The translations under genes were made by a program, and so were the position numbers. The notes under the pieces were generated by a model, which was given only the letters and a program-made list of their open reading frames with translations, did not search any database and was not told the origin of the DNA. From positions 1-64,000 of the forward strand of contig NIVC01001465.1 of assembly GCA_002269645.1 (NCBI GenBank): DNA of 64,000 bases, in the 5' to 3' direction. Position 1 is the stretch's first letter; each line of letters opens with the position of its first letter. This DNA is from Macrostomum lignano. Taxonomy: Eukaryota. Shown here piece after piece: positions 51,935 through 64,000 of the stretch.

Positions 51935-52695
51935 GTGTGGGGACGCTCTGAGGTGTGGGGACGCTCTGAGGTGTGGGGAGGCTCTGAGGTGTGGGGAGGC
52001 TCTGAGGTGTGGGGAGGCTCTGAGGTGTGGGGACGCTCTGAGGTGTGGGGAGGCTCTGAGGTGTGGGGAGGCTCTGAGGTGTGGGGAGGCTCTGAGGTGT
52101 GGGGACGCTCTGAGGTGTGGGGAGGCTCTGTTGTGTGTGGAGGCTCTGATGTGTGTGGAGGCTCTGATGTGTGTGGAGGCTCTGATGTGTGTGGAGGCTC
52201 TGATGTGTGTGGAGGCTCTGATGTGTGTGGAGGCTCTGATGTGTGTGGAGGCTCTGATGTGTGTGGAGGCTCTGAGGTGTGTGGAGGCTCTGAGGTGTGG
52301 GGACGCTCTGAGGTGTGGGGAGGCTCTGAGGTGTGGGGAGGCTCTGAGGTGTGGGGACGCTCTGAGGTGTGGGGACGCTCTGAGGTGTGGGGACGCTCTG
52401 AGGTGTGGGGAGGCTCTGAGGTGTGGGGAGACTCTGATTTGTGTGGAGGCTCTGAGGTGTGGGGATGCTCTGAGGTGTGGGATTCTCTGGGGTGTGGGGA
52501 GGCTCTGAGATGTGGGGAGGCTCTGAGGTGTGGGAGACTTAGAGGTGTGGGGAGACTCTGATTTGTGTGGAGGCTCTGAGGTGTGGGGATGCTCTGAGGT
52601 GTGAGATTCTCTGGGGTGTGGGGAGGCTCTGGGGTGTGGGGAGGCTCTGGGGTGAGGGGACGCTCTGAGGTGTGGGGCCGCTCTGAGGTGTGGGG
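51935..52695. repeat. 18-bp minisatellite in DEG/ENaC intron
   Basis: Unit GTGGGGAGGCTCTGAGGT and variant GTGTGGAGGCTCTGATGT. Confidence 0.95.
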
Positions 52696-53094
52696 CGAGT
52701 CAAATAACTTGTCATAGTTATTTCACAACGCTCTCAAAACGGCAAAGACCCCTGGATAGTATTAAGAAAATGATAATAATTTCTTATCAATTCAAGATAC
52801 GAAAAAAAGTGTAAAAACGGACTTTAAAATCGACATAAAAGCACAGAGAAGCGCTCGGGCACAACTTAGCGAGTCATTCGCCTCTTCTGTGTGCCCAAGG
52901 AGCGGCTGAGCTACTTATGGGTTTACAAAAGAGGAAGCTTGGGCAAATATACTTGCCTGACGTCTGAGATCTTGCTGATGGATAAGTGGTTTCCATGACT
53001 ACCCTTGCTTCGATGTATTCTAAGAAAGCCCAAAGCTTAGTGTGTTTGTCTATAGAAAACAACCATAACTCATGACCTGAATTTTACATGGAGC

Positions 53095-53550
53095 AGCAGG
53101 TGAGGTACTACAGCAGCTGGTGAGGTACTACAGCAGCTGGTGAGGTACTACAGCAGCTGGTGAGGTACTACAGCAGCTGGTGAGGTACTACAGCAGCTGG
53201 TGAGGTACTACAGCAGCTGGTGAGGTACTACAGCAGCATGTGAGGTACTACAGCAGCATGTGAGGTACTACAGCAGCTGGTGAGGTACTACAGCAGCAGG
53301 TGAGGTACTACAGCAGCAGGTGAGGTACTACAGCAACTACAGCAGCAGGTGAGGTACTACAGCAGCTGGTGAGGTACTACAGCAGCAGGTGAGGTACTAC
53401 AGCAGCAGGTGAGGTACTACAGCAGCAGGTGAGGTACTACAGCAGCAGGTGAGGTACTACAGCAGCAGGTGAGGTACTACAGCAGCAGGTGAGGTACTAC
53501 AGCAGCAGGTGTGGTACTACAGCAGCTGGTGAGTACTACAGCAGCAGGTG
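53095..53550. repeat. 20-bp minisatellite in DEG/ENaC intron
   Basis: Unit GTGAGGTACTACAGCAGC[A/T]G. Confidence 0.95.
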
Positions 53551-53563
53551 AGCCTGAACTCAC

Positions 53564-54003
53564 CTGTGAGCCATCTCGTCAATAAGGAACCGGTAAGGTA
53601 GGCTGTTGACCAAGCGCACAGCGTAGCTATCCAGGTAATATTCCACATCGACTCCCCTGTAATCCACCAAGCTGTAGTTCACCAGCTGTCGGTACTTTCT
53701 CAGCGTCTCAGCCCCGGCGGGGTTGAGCGTGGACGAGTAGCTTCCGGACACAGGAATTTGACTGCAGGCGTAGATGTCCGGGAACTCGAAGTCCAACGCC
53801 CTGGCCTTGATCGTTGTGGACACCTCGCGACTGACGAAGCGCCTGTAGGCTTCGGCCACTCGAAGTGAGCAGTAGGAGACCGAGGCGATGAAGGCGGCCG
53901 CCCACAGCATCTTCACGTAGCCTCGCCGGTTGCCGGTGAGGTGGACGAAGCTGTGCACCGTAGACTCAGACAGGTACTGCTGCAACGGGAGCAGCATGCT
54001 CAT
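53564..54003 (-). CDS. DEG/ENaC channel, exon 1 (N-terminus, TM1)
   Basis: MSMLLPLQQYLSESTVHSFVHL..KMLWAAAFIAS..YRRFVSREVSTTI..FEFPDIYACS; donor AG|gtgagt (phase 2) fits exon 2; 440+1300 bp gives 579 aa. An extra upstream exon near 54385-54460 cannot be excluded. Confidence 0.9.
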
Positions 54004-54009
54004 GACAGC

Positions 54010-54380
54010 GTCTGTCCGACTGTGTCTGCCGGGCTGTGTCTGTCCAACTGTGTCTGTCCAACTGTGTCTGTCCAACTGTGTCTGTCCAACAGTGTCTGTC
54101 GGGCTGTGTCTGTCCAACTGTCTGTCCGACTGTGTCTGTCCAACTGTGTCTGTCCGACTGTGTCTGCCGGGCTGTGTCTGCCGGGCTGTGTCTGTCCAAC
54201 AGTGTCTGTCCAACAGTGTCTGTCGGGCTGTGTCTGTCCAATAGTGTCTGTCCAACTGTCTGTCCGACTGTGTCTGCCGGACTATGTCTGTCCGACTGTG
54301 TCTGTCCGACTGTGTCTGTCCGACTGTGTCTGTCCGACTGTGTCTGTCCGACTGTGTCTGTCCGACTGTGTCTGCCGGAC
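54010..54380. repeat. 14-bp minisatellite
   Basis: Unit CTGTGTCTGTCC[G/A]A. Confidence 0.93.
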
Positions 54381-54834
54381 GGCTATTTCGTAACCGTCTA
54401 CTTGAATTGCCGTATCCCGCTCATGGATTGGGGCGTCTCCTCCGGCGTTGCCATAGAGACCGGGTAGAGCGGAAGCAGGTTCGGTGTCCAATAGCGTTAG
54501 TGGGGGGGGGAGGCATGTGAATGGTGGCTCAGCAAGCAATTACTGTAACGGGGGGGGGGCGCTCTCCAACACAGAGGCTAGAAATAACTTTGTCTTTGAC
54601 CGCTGAGGCGTAGGCCAGCGATGAATTTATTTTTATTAAAAACATTTGCCTCTCTGCGCAACTTCAATCATAGTGTAGATTCAGATAATGTTCTATTCTA
54701 CAGGCAGTTCCGTGGCATGAGATTGAGTGCTGGCCATCTGGCCATCCTAATTTAGGTAAACAGTTCAGGCAAGCAAGATCGTTCCCTGGCCACGGCTGTT
54801 TGAGCAGCACTGCAGTTTTAGATCAGATGATATA

Positions 54835-57800
54835 GGGAATGTAGGGAGTGTAGGGAATGTAGGGAGTGTAGGGAATGTAGGGAGTGTAGGGAATGTAGGG
54901 AGTGTAGGGAATGTAGGGAATGTAGGGAGTGTAGGGAGTGTAGGGAGTGTAGGGAATGTAGGGAATGTAGGGAATGTAGGTAGTGTAGGGAGTGTAGGGA
55001 GGGTAGGGAATGTAGGGAGTGTAGGGAGTGTAGGGGATGTAGGGAGTGTAGGGAGTGTAGGGAATGTAGGAAGTGTAGGGAGTGTAGGGGATGTAGGGGA
55101 TGTAGGGGATGTAGGGGATGTAGGGAGTGTAGGGGATGTAGGGGGTGTAGGGGATGTAGGGAGTGTAGGGGATGTAGGGGATGTAGGGAATGTAGGGAGT
55201 GTAGGGGATGTAGGGAGTGTAGGGAGTGTAGGGAGTGTAGGGAATGTAGGGAATGTAGGGGATGTAGGGAGTGTAGGGGATGTAGGGGGTGTAGGGGATG
55301 TAGGGAGTGTAGGGGATGTAGGGGATGTAGGGAATGTAGGGAGTGTAGGGGATGTAGGGAGTGTAGGGAGTGTAGGGGATGTAGGGAGTGTAGGAAGTGT
55401 AGGGAGTGTAGGGAATGTAGGGAGTGTAGGGAGTGTAGGGAGTGTAGGGAATGTAGGGAATGTAGGGAATGTAGGTAGTGTAGGGGATGTAGGTAGTGTA
55501 GGGAGTGTAGGGAGGGTAGGGAATGTAGGGAGTGTAGGGAGTGTAGGGAGTGTAGGGAGTGTAGGGGATGTAGGGGATGTAGGGGATGTAGGGGATGTAG
55601 GGAGTGTAGGGGATGTAGGGAGTGTAGGGGATGTAGGGAGTGTAGGGGATGTAGGGAGTGTAGGGGATGTAGGGAGTGTAGGGGATGTAGGGAGTGTAGG
55701 GGATGTAGGGGATGTAGGGAGTGTAGGGGATGTAGGGGATGTAGGGGATGTAGGGGATGTAGGGAGTGTAGGGGATGTAGGGGGTGTAGGGGATGTAGGG
55801 GATGTAGGGAGTGTAGGGGATGTAGGGAGTGTAGGGGATGTAGGGAGTGTAGGGGATGTAGGGAGTGTAGGGGATGTAGGGAGTGTAGGGGATGTAGGGA
55901 GTGTAGGGGATGTAGGGGATGTAGGGAGTGTAGGGGATGTAGGGGATGTAGGGGATGTAGGGGATGTAGGGAGTGTAGGGGATGTAGGGGATGTAGGGAG
56001 TGTAGGGGATGTAGGGGATGTAGGGGATGTAGGGGATGTAGGGAGTGTAGGGGATGTAGGGGGTGTAGGGAGTGTAGGGGATGTAGGGGATGTAGGGGAT
56101 GTAGGGAGTGTAGGGGATGTAGGGGGTGTAGGGGATGTAGGGGATGTAGGGAGTGTAGGGGATGTAGGGGGTGTAGGGGATGTAGGGGATGTAGGGAGTG
56201 TAGGGGATGTAGGGGATGTAGGGGGTGTAGGGAGTGTAGGGGATGTAGGGGGTGTAGGGGATGTAGGGGATGTAGGGGGTGTAGGGGATGTAGGGAGTGT
56301 AGGGGATGTAGGGGGTGTAGGGGTGTAGGGGATGTAGGGGGTGTAGGGGATGTAGGGGATGTAGGGAGTGTAGGGGATGTAGGGGGTGTAGGGAGTGTAG
56401 GGGATGTAGGGGATGTAGGGGATGTAGGGAGTGTAGGGGATGTAGGGGGTGTAGGGGATGTAGGGGATGTAGGGAGTGTAGGGGATGTAGGGGGTGTAGG
56501 GAGTGTAGGGGATGTAGGGGATGTAGGGGATGTAGGGAGTGTAGGCGATGTAGGGGGTGTAGGGAGTGTAGGGGATGTAGGGGATGTAGGGGATGTAGGG
56601 AGTGTAGGGGATGTAGGGGGTGTAGGGGATGTAGGGGATGTAGGGAGTGTAGGGGATGTAGGGGATGTAGGGGATGTAGGGAGTGTAGGGGATGTAGGGG
56701 GTGTAGGGGATGTAGGGGATGTAGGGAGTGTAGGGAGTGTAGGGGGTGTAGGGGATGTAGGGGATGTAGGGGATGTAGGGGATGTAGGGAGTGTAGGGAG
56801 TGTAGGGGGTGTAGGGGATGTAGGGGGTGTAGGGGATGTAGGGGATGTAGGGGATGTAGGGAGTGTAGGGGATGTAGGCGGTGTAGGGGATGTAGGGGAT
56901 GTAGGGAGTGTAGGGAGTGTAGGGGGTGTAGGGGATGTAGGGGATGTAGGGAGTGTAGGGAGTGTAGGGGATGTAGGGAGTGTAGGAAGTGTAGGGGATG
57001 TAGGGAGTGTAGGGGATGTAGGGAGTGTAGGGGATGTAGGGGATGTAGGTAGTGTAGGGAGTGTAGGGAGGGTAGGGAGTGTAGGGAGTGTAGGGAGTGT
57101 AGGGAGTGTAGGGGATGTAGGGGGTGTAGGGGATGTAGGGAGTGTAGGGGATGTAGGGGATGTAGGGAGTGTAGGGAGTGTAGGGAGTGTAGGGAGTGTA
57201 GGGAGTGTAGGGGATGTAGGGGATGTAGGGAGTGTAGGGAGTGTAGGGAGTGTAGGGAGTGTAGGGAGTGTAGGGATGTAGGGGGTGTAGGGGATGTAGG
57301 GAGTGTAGGGGATGTAGGGGATGTAGGGAGTGTAGGGAGTGTAGGGAGTGTAGGGAGTGTAGGGAGTGTAGGGGATGTAGGGGATGTAGGGAGTGTAGGT
57401 AGTGTAGGGAGTGTAGGGAGGGTAGGGAGTGTAGGGAGTGTAGGGAGTGTAGGGAGTGTAGGGGATGTAGGGGGTGTAGGGGATGTAGGGAATGTAGGGA
57501 GTGTAGGGAGTGTAGGGAGTGTAGGGAATGTAAGGAATGTAGGGAATGTAGGTAGTGTAGGGAGTGTAGGGAGGGTAGGGAATGTAGGGAGTGTAGGGAG
57601 TGTAGGGGATGTAGGGAGTGTAGGGAGTGTAGGGAATGTAGGAAGTGTAGGGAGTGTAGGGGATGTAGGGGATGTAGGGGATGTAGGGGATGTAGGGAGT
57701 GTAGGGGATGTAGGGGGTGTAGGGGATGTAGGGAGTGTAGGGGATGTAGGGGATGTAGGGAATGTAGGGAGTGTAGGGGATGTAGGGAGTGTAGGGAGTG

Positions 57801-60800
57801 TAGGGAGTGTAGGGAATGTAGGGAATGTAGGGGATGTAGGGAGTGTAGGGGATGTAGGGGGTGTAGGGGATGTAGGGAGTGTAGGGGATGTAGGGGATGT
57901 AGGGAATGTAGGGAGTGTAGGGGATGTAGGGAGTGTAGGGAGTGTAGGGGATGTAGGGAGTGTAGGAAGTGTAGGGAGTGTAGGGAATGTAGGGAGTGTA
58001 GGGAGTGTAGGGAGTGTAGGGAATGTAGGGAATGTAGGGAATGTAGGGAGTGTAGGGAGTGTAGGGGATGTAGGGGATGTAGGGGATGTAGGGGATGTAG
58101 GGAGTGTAGGGGATGTAGGGAGTGTAGGGGATGTAGGGAGTGTAGGGGATGTAGGGAGTGTAGGGGATGTAGGGAGTGTAGGGGATGTAGGGAGTGTAGG
58201 GGATGTAGGGGATGTAGGGAGTGTAGGGGATGTAGGGGATGTAGGGGATGTAGGGGATGTAGGGAGTGTAGGGGATGTAGGGGTGTAGGGGATGTAGGGG
58301 ATGTAGGGAGTGTAGGGGATGTAGGGAGTGTAGGGGATGTAGGGAGTGTAGGGGATGTAGGGAGTGTAGGGGATGTAGGGAGTGTAGGGGATGTAGGGAG
58401 TGTAGGGGATGTAGGGGATGTAGGGAGTGTAGGGGATGTAGGGGATGTAGGGGATGTAGGGGATGTAGGGAGTGTAGGGGATGTAGGGGATGTAGGGAGT
58501 GTAGGGGATGTAGGGGATGTAGGGGATGTAGGGGATGTAGGGAGTGTAGGGGATGTAGGGGGTGTAGGGAGTGTAGGGAATGTAGGGGATGTAGGGGATG
58601 TAGGGAGTGTAGGGGATGTAGGGGTGTAGGGGATGTAGGGGATGTAGGGAGTGTAGGGGATGTAGGGGGTGTAGGGGATGTAGGGGATGTAGGGAGTGTA
58701 GGGGATGTAGGGGATGTAGGGGGTGTAGGGAGTGTAGGGGATGTAGGGGTGTAGGGGATGTAGGGGATGTAGGGGGTGTAGGGGATGTAGGGAGTGTAGG
58801 GGATGTAGGGGATGTAGGGGGTGTAGGGGATGTAGGGGGTGTAGGGGATGTAGGGGATGTAGGGAGTGTAGGGGATGTAGGGGGTGTAGGGAGTGTAGGG
58901 GATGTAGGGGATGTAGGGGATGTAGGGAGTGTAGGGGATGTAGGGGGTGTAGGGGATGTAGGGGATGTAGGGAGTGTAGGGGATGTAGGGGTGTAGGGAG
59001 TGTAGGGGATGTAGGGGATGTAGGGGATGTAGGGAGTGTAGGCGATGTAGGGGGTGTAGGGAGTGTAGGGGATGTAGGGGATGTAGGGGATGTAGGGAGT
59101 GTAGGGGATGTAGGGGGTGTAGGGGATGTAGGGGATGTAGGGAGTGTAGGGGATGTAGGGGATGTAGGGGATGTAGGGAGTGTAGGGGATGTAGGGGGTG
59201 TAGGGGATGTAGGGGATGTAGGGAGTGTAGGGAGTGTAGGGGTGTAGGGGATGTAGGGGATGTAGGGGATGTAGGGGATGTAGGGAGTGTAGGGAGTGTA
59301 GGGGGTGTAGGGGATGTAGGGGGTGTAGGGGATGTAGGGGATGTAGGGGATGTAGGGAGTGTAGGGGATGTAGGCGGTGTAGGGGATGTAGGGGATGTAG
59401 GGAGTGTAGGGAGTGTAGGGGGTGTAGGGGATGTAGGGGATGTAGGGAGTGTAGGGAGTGTAGGGGATGTAGGGGGTGTAGGGAGTGTAGGGGATGTAGG
59501 GGATGTAGGGGATGTAGGGAGTGTAGGGGATGTAGGGGGTGTAGGGGATGTAGGGGATGTAGGGAGTGTAGGGGATGTAGGGGGTGTAGGGGATGTAGGG
59601 GATGTAGGGAGTGTAGGGGATGTAGGGGATGTAGGGGGTGTAGGGAGTGTAGGGGATGTAGGGGTGTAGGGGATGTAGGGGATGTAGGGGTGTAGGGATG
59701 TAGGGAGTGTAGGGGATGTAGGGGATGTAGGGGGTGTAGGGGATGTAGGGGGTGTAGGGGATGTAGGGGATGTAGGGAGTGTAGGGATGTAGGGGGTGTA
59801 GGGAGTGTAGGGGATGTAGGGGATGTAGGGGATGTAGGGAGTGTAGGGATGTAGGGGGTGTAGGGGATGTAGGGGATGTAGGGAGTGTAGGGGATGTAGG
59901 GGTGTAGGGAGTGTAGGGGATGTAGGGGATGTAGGGGATGTAGGGAGTGTAGGCGATGTAGGGGGTGTAGGGAGTGTAGGGGATGTAGGGGATGTAGGGG
60001 ATGTAGGGAGTGTAGGGGATGTAGGGGGTGTAGGGGATGTAGGGGATGTAGGGAGTGTAGGGGATGTAGGGATGTAGGGGATGTAGGGAGTGTAGGGGAT
60101 GTAGGGGGTGTAGGGGATGTAGGGGATGTAGGGAGTGTAGGGAGTGTAGGGGGTGTAGGGGATGTAGGGGATGTAGGGGATGTAGGGGATGTAGGGAGTG
60201 TAGGGAGTGTAGGGGGTGTAGGGGATGTAGGGGGTGTAGGGGATGTAGGGGATGTAGGGGATGTAGGGAGTGTAGGGGATGTAGGCGGTGTAGGGGATGT
60301 AGGGGATGTAGGGAGTGTAGGGAGTGTAGGGGGTGTAGGGGATGTAGGGGATGTAGGGAGTGTAGGGAGTGTAGGGGATGTAGGGAGTGTAGGAAGTGTA
60401 GGGGATGTAGGGAGTGTAGGGGATGTAGGGAGTGTAGGGGATGTAGGGGATGTAGGTAGTGTAGGGAGTGTAGGGAGGGTAGGGAGTGTAGGGAGTGTAG
60501 GGAGTGTAGGGAGTGTAGGGGATGTAGGGGGTGTAGGGGATGTAGGGAGTGTAGGGGATGTAGGGGATGTAGGGAGTGTAGGGAGTGTAGGGAGTGTAGG
60601 GAGTGTAGGGAGTGTAGGGGATGTAGGGGATGTAGGGAGTGTAGGGAGTGTAGGGAGTGTAGGGAGTGTAGGGAGTGTAGGGGATGTAGGGGGTGTAGGG
60701 GATGTAGGGAGTGTAGGGGATGTAGGGGATGTAGGGAGTGTAGGGAGTGTAGGGAGTGTAGGGAGTGTAGGGAGTGTAGGGGATGTAGGGGATGTAGGGA

Positions 60801-63742
60801 GTGTAGGTAGTGTAGGGAGTGTAGGGAGGGTAGGAGTGTAGGGAGTGTAGGGAGTGTAGGGAGTGTAGGGATGTAGGGGTGTAGGGGATGTAGGGAATGT
60901 AGGGAGTGTAGGGAGTGTAGGGAGTGTAGGGAATGTAAGGAATGTAGGGAATGTAGGTAGTGTAGGGAGTGTAGGGAGGTAGGGAATGTAGGGAGTGTAG
61001 GAGTGTAGGGGATGTAGGGAGTGTAGGGAGTGTAGGGAATGTAGGAAGTGTAGGGAGTGTAGGGATGTAGGGGATGTAGGGGATGTAGGGGATGTAGGGA
61101 GTGTAGGGGATGTAGGGGGTGTAGGGGATGTAGGGAGTGTAGGGATGTAGGGGATGTAGGGAATGTAGGGAGTGTAGGGGATGTAGGGAGTGTAGGGAGT
61201 GTAGGGAGTGTAGGGAATGTAGGGAATGTAGGGGATGTAGGGAGTGTAGGGGATGTAGGGGGTGTAGGGGATGTAGGGAGTGTAGGGGATGTAGGGGATG
61301 TAGGGAATGTAGGGAGTGTAGGGGATGTAGGGAGTGTAGGGAGTGTAGGGGATGTAGGGAGTGTAGGAAGTGTAGGGAGTGTAGGGGATGTAGGTAGTGT
61401 AGGGAGTGTAGGGAGGGTAGGGAATGTAGGGAGTGTAGGGAGTGTAGGGAGTGTAGGGAGTGTAGGGGATGTAGGGGATGTAGGGGATGTAGGGGATGTA
61501 GGGAGTGTAGGGGATGTAGGGAGTGTAGGGGATGTAGGGAGTGTAGGGGATGTAGGGAGTGTAGGGGATGTAGGGAGTGTAGGGGATGTAGGGAGTGTAG
61601 GGGATGTAGGGGATGTAGGGAGTGTAGGGGATGTAGGGGATGTAGGGGATGTAGGGGATGTAGGGGATGTAGGGAGTGTAGGGGATGTAGGGGGTGTAGG
61701 GGATGTAGGGGATGTAGGGAGTGTAGGGGATGTAGGGGATGTAGGGGGTGTAGGGAGTGTAGGGGATGTAGGGGGTGTAGGGGATGTAGGGGATGTAGGG
61801 GGTGTAGGGGATGTAGGGAGTGTAGGGGATGTAGGGGATGTAGGGGGTGTAGGGGATGTAGGGGGTGTAGGGGATGTAGGGGATGTAGGGAGTGTAGGGA
61901 TGTAGGGGGTGTAGGGAGTGTAGGGGATGTAGGGGATGTAGGGGATGTAGGGAGTGTAGGGGATGTAGGGGGTGTAGGGGATGTAGGGAGTGTAGGGGAT
62001 GTAGGGAGTGTAGGGGATGTAGGGGGTGTAGGGGATGTAGGGGATGTAGGGAGTGTAGGGGATGTAGGGGGTGTAGGGGATGTAGGGGATGTAGGGAGTG
62101 TAGGGGATGTAGGGGATGTAGGGGGTGTAGGGAGTGTAGGGATGTAGGGGGTGTAGGGGATGTAGGGGATGTAGGGGGTGTAGGGGATGTAGGGAGTGTA
62201 GGGGATGTAGGGGATGTAGGGGGTGTAGGGGATGTAGGGGGTGTAGGGGATGTAGGGAGTGTAGGGGATGTAGGGGGTGTAGGGAGTGTAGGGGATGTAG
62301 GGGATGTAGGGGATGTAGGGAGTGTAGGGGATGTAGGGGGTGTAGGGATGTAGGGGATGTAGGGAGTGTAGGGGATGTAGGGGTGTAGGGAGTGTAGGGA
62401 TGTAGGGGATGTAGGGGATGTAGGGAGTGTAGGCGATGTAGGGGTGTAGGGAGTGTAGGGGATGTAGGGGATGTAGGGGATGTAGGGAGTGTAGGGGATG
62501 TAGGGGGTGTAGGGGATGTAGGGATGTAGGGAGTGTAGGGATGTAGGGGATGTAGGGGATGTAGGGAGTGTAGGGGATGTAGGGGGTGTAGGGGATGTAG
62601 GGGATGTAGGGAGTGTAGGGAGTGTAGGGGGTGTAGGGGATGTAGGGGATGTAGGGGATGTAGGGGATGTAGGGAGTGTAGGGAGTGTAGGGGTGTAGGG
62701 GATGTAGGGGGTGTAGGGGATGTAGGGGATGTAGGGGATGTAGGGAGTGTAGGGGATGTAGGCGGTGTAGGGGATGTAGGGGATGTAGGGAGTGTAGGGA
62801 GTGTAGGGGGTGTAGGGATGTAGGGGATGTAGGGAGTGTAGGGAGTGTAGGGGATGTAGGGAGTGTAGGAAGTGTAGGGATGTAGGGAGTGTAGGGGATG
62901 TAGGGAGTGTAGGGGATGTAGGGGATGTAGGTAGTGTAGGGAGTGTAGGGAGGGTAGGGAGTGTAGGGAGTGTAGGGAGTGTAGGGAGTGTAGGGGATGT
63001 AGGGGTGTAGGGGATGTAGGGAGTGTAGGGGATGTAGGGGATGTAGGGAGTGTAGGGAGTGTAGGGAGTGTAGGGAGTGTAGGGAGTGTAGGGGATGTAG
63101 GGGATGTAGGGAGTGTAGGGAGTGTAGGGAGTGTAGGGAGTGTAGGGAGTGTAGGGGATGTAGGGGGTGTAGGGGATGTAGGGAGTGTAGGGGATGTAGG
63201 GGATGTAGGGAGTGTAGGGAGTGTAGGGAGTGTAGGGAGTGTAGGGAGTGTAGGGGATGTAGGGGATGTAGGGAGTGTAGGTAGTGTAGGGAGTGTAGGG
63301 AGGGTAGGGAGTGTAGGGAGTGTAGGGAGTGTAGGGAGTGTAGGGGATGTAGGGGGTGTAGGGGATGTAGGGAGTGTAGGGGATGTAGGGGATGTAGGGA
63401 GTGTAGGGAGTGTAGGGAGTGTAGGGAGTGTAGGGAGTGTAGGGGATGTAGGGGATGTAGGGAGTGTAGGGAGTGTAGGGAGTGTAGGGGATGTAGGGGA
63501 TGTAGGGGATGTAGGGAGTGTAGGGAGTGTAGGGAGTGTAGGGGATGTAGGGGATGTAGGGGATGTAGGGAGTGTAGGGAGTGTAGGGAGTGTAGGGGAT
63601 GTAGGGGATGTAGGGGATGTAGGGAGTGTAGGGAGTGTAGGGAGTGTAGGGAGTGTAGGGAGTGTAGGGGATGTAGGGGATGTAGGGGATGTAGGGAGTG
63701 TAGGGAGTGTAGGGATGTAGGGGATGTAGGGGGTGTAGGGGG
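54835..63742. repeat. ~8.9 kb 9-bp G-rich satellite with higher-order structure
   Basis: Interspersed variants GTAGGGAGT, GTAGGGGAT, GTAGGGGGT and GTAGGGAAT; roughly 990 units. Confidence 0.98.
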
Positions 63743-64000
63743 TGCATGGAACGTAAGGCAATGCATTGGAGAATGCACGGGGAATGTAAATGTCAGAAAA
63801 GTAAACAGTAGCACTACATAAACTATTTGAGCGAATTCCTGCTGTTATTCTATTCAAGCCTTGTGAAAGCTTTCCATAGCTAGTAAGTGCATACAGTTCC
63901 CATCCATGAACTCATACTCACCCCCCCCCCCCCCAGAGAGACATTCGAGCGGCCAGACGAATCCCGAGTTTCACTGTGCGGTAGTCTGCATTATGCAATT

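Noticed and set aside
54385-54540. Extra 5' exon of the DEG/ENaC gene ([17 protein letters not shown])
   Set aside because: I could not establish a convincing donor/acceptor pair in the right phase, and the ATG at 54003 already gives a normal-length N-terminus. It is left unannotated rather than excluded.
54765-63857. Three ~3000-aa ORFs on the minus strand
   Set aside because: They are translations of a stop-free 9-bp satellite (PTL/LHP/YTP) and cross between patterns at single-base indels. There is no coding signal.

Overview
Eukaryotic (metazoan) genomic DNA, not prokaryotic. Spliced genes with GC-rich, Ala/Gln/Gly-rich exons sit as islands among about 29 different micro/minisatellite arrays, which cover roughly 37 kb (~58%) of the window by my boundary estimates. 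This architecture suggests a macrostomid flatworm such as Macrostomum; that assignment is inference only. Genes reconstructed by hand: TMEM128 homolog (-, two 1-bp homopolymer frameshifts); complete 5-exon SRP54 (-, 497 aa); a PH+PTB DOK/IRS/FRS2-type adaptor (+, middle exons unresolved); a 3'-truncated piggyBac transposase (-); a divergent TALE homeobox gene (-); a C2H2 zinc-finger exon (-); a 4-exon, two-domain Ly6/uPAR (three-finger) probably GPI-anchored protein (+), largely invisible in the ORF track; and a 2-exon DEG/ENaC channel (-, 579 aa) with His-Ser in place of the His-Gly gating motif. Most long ORFs in the track are translation artefacts of repeats. Strongest leads: introns bounded by 4-7 bp AG|G(T) direct repeats (possible intron-gain signature), an inverted pair of ~1 kb minisatellite arrays around an exon-like segment, a ~3.4 kb higher-order period in the 8.9 kb 9-mer array, and a core motif shared between otherwise unrelated arrays. 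No CRISPR array, rRNA or tRNA was recognised.
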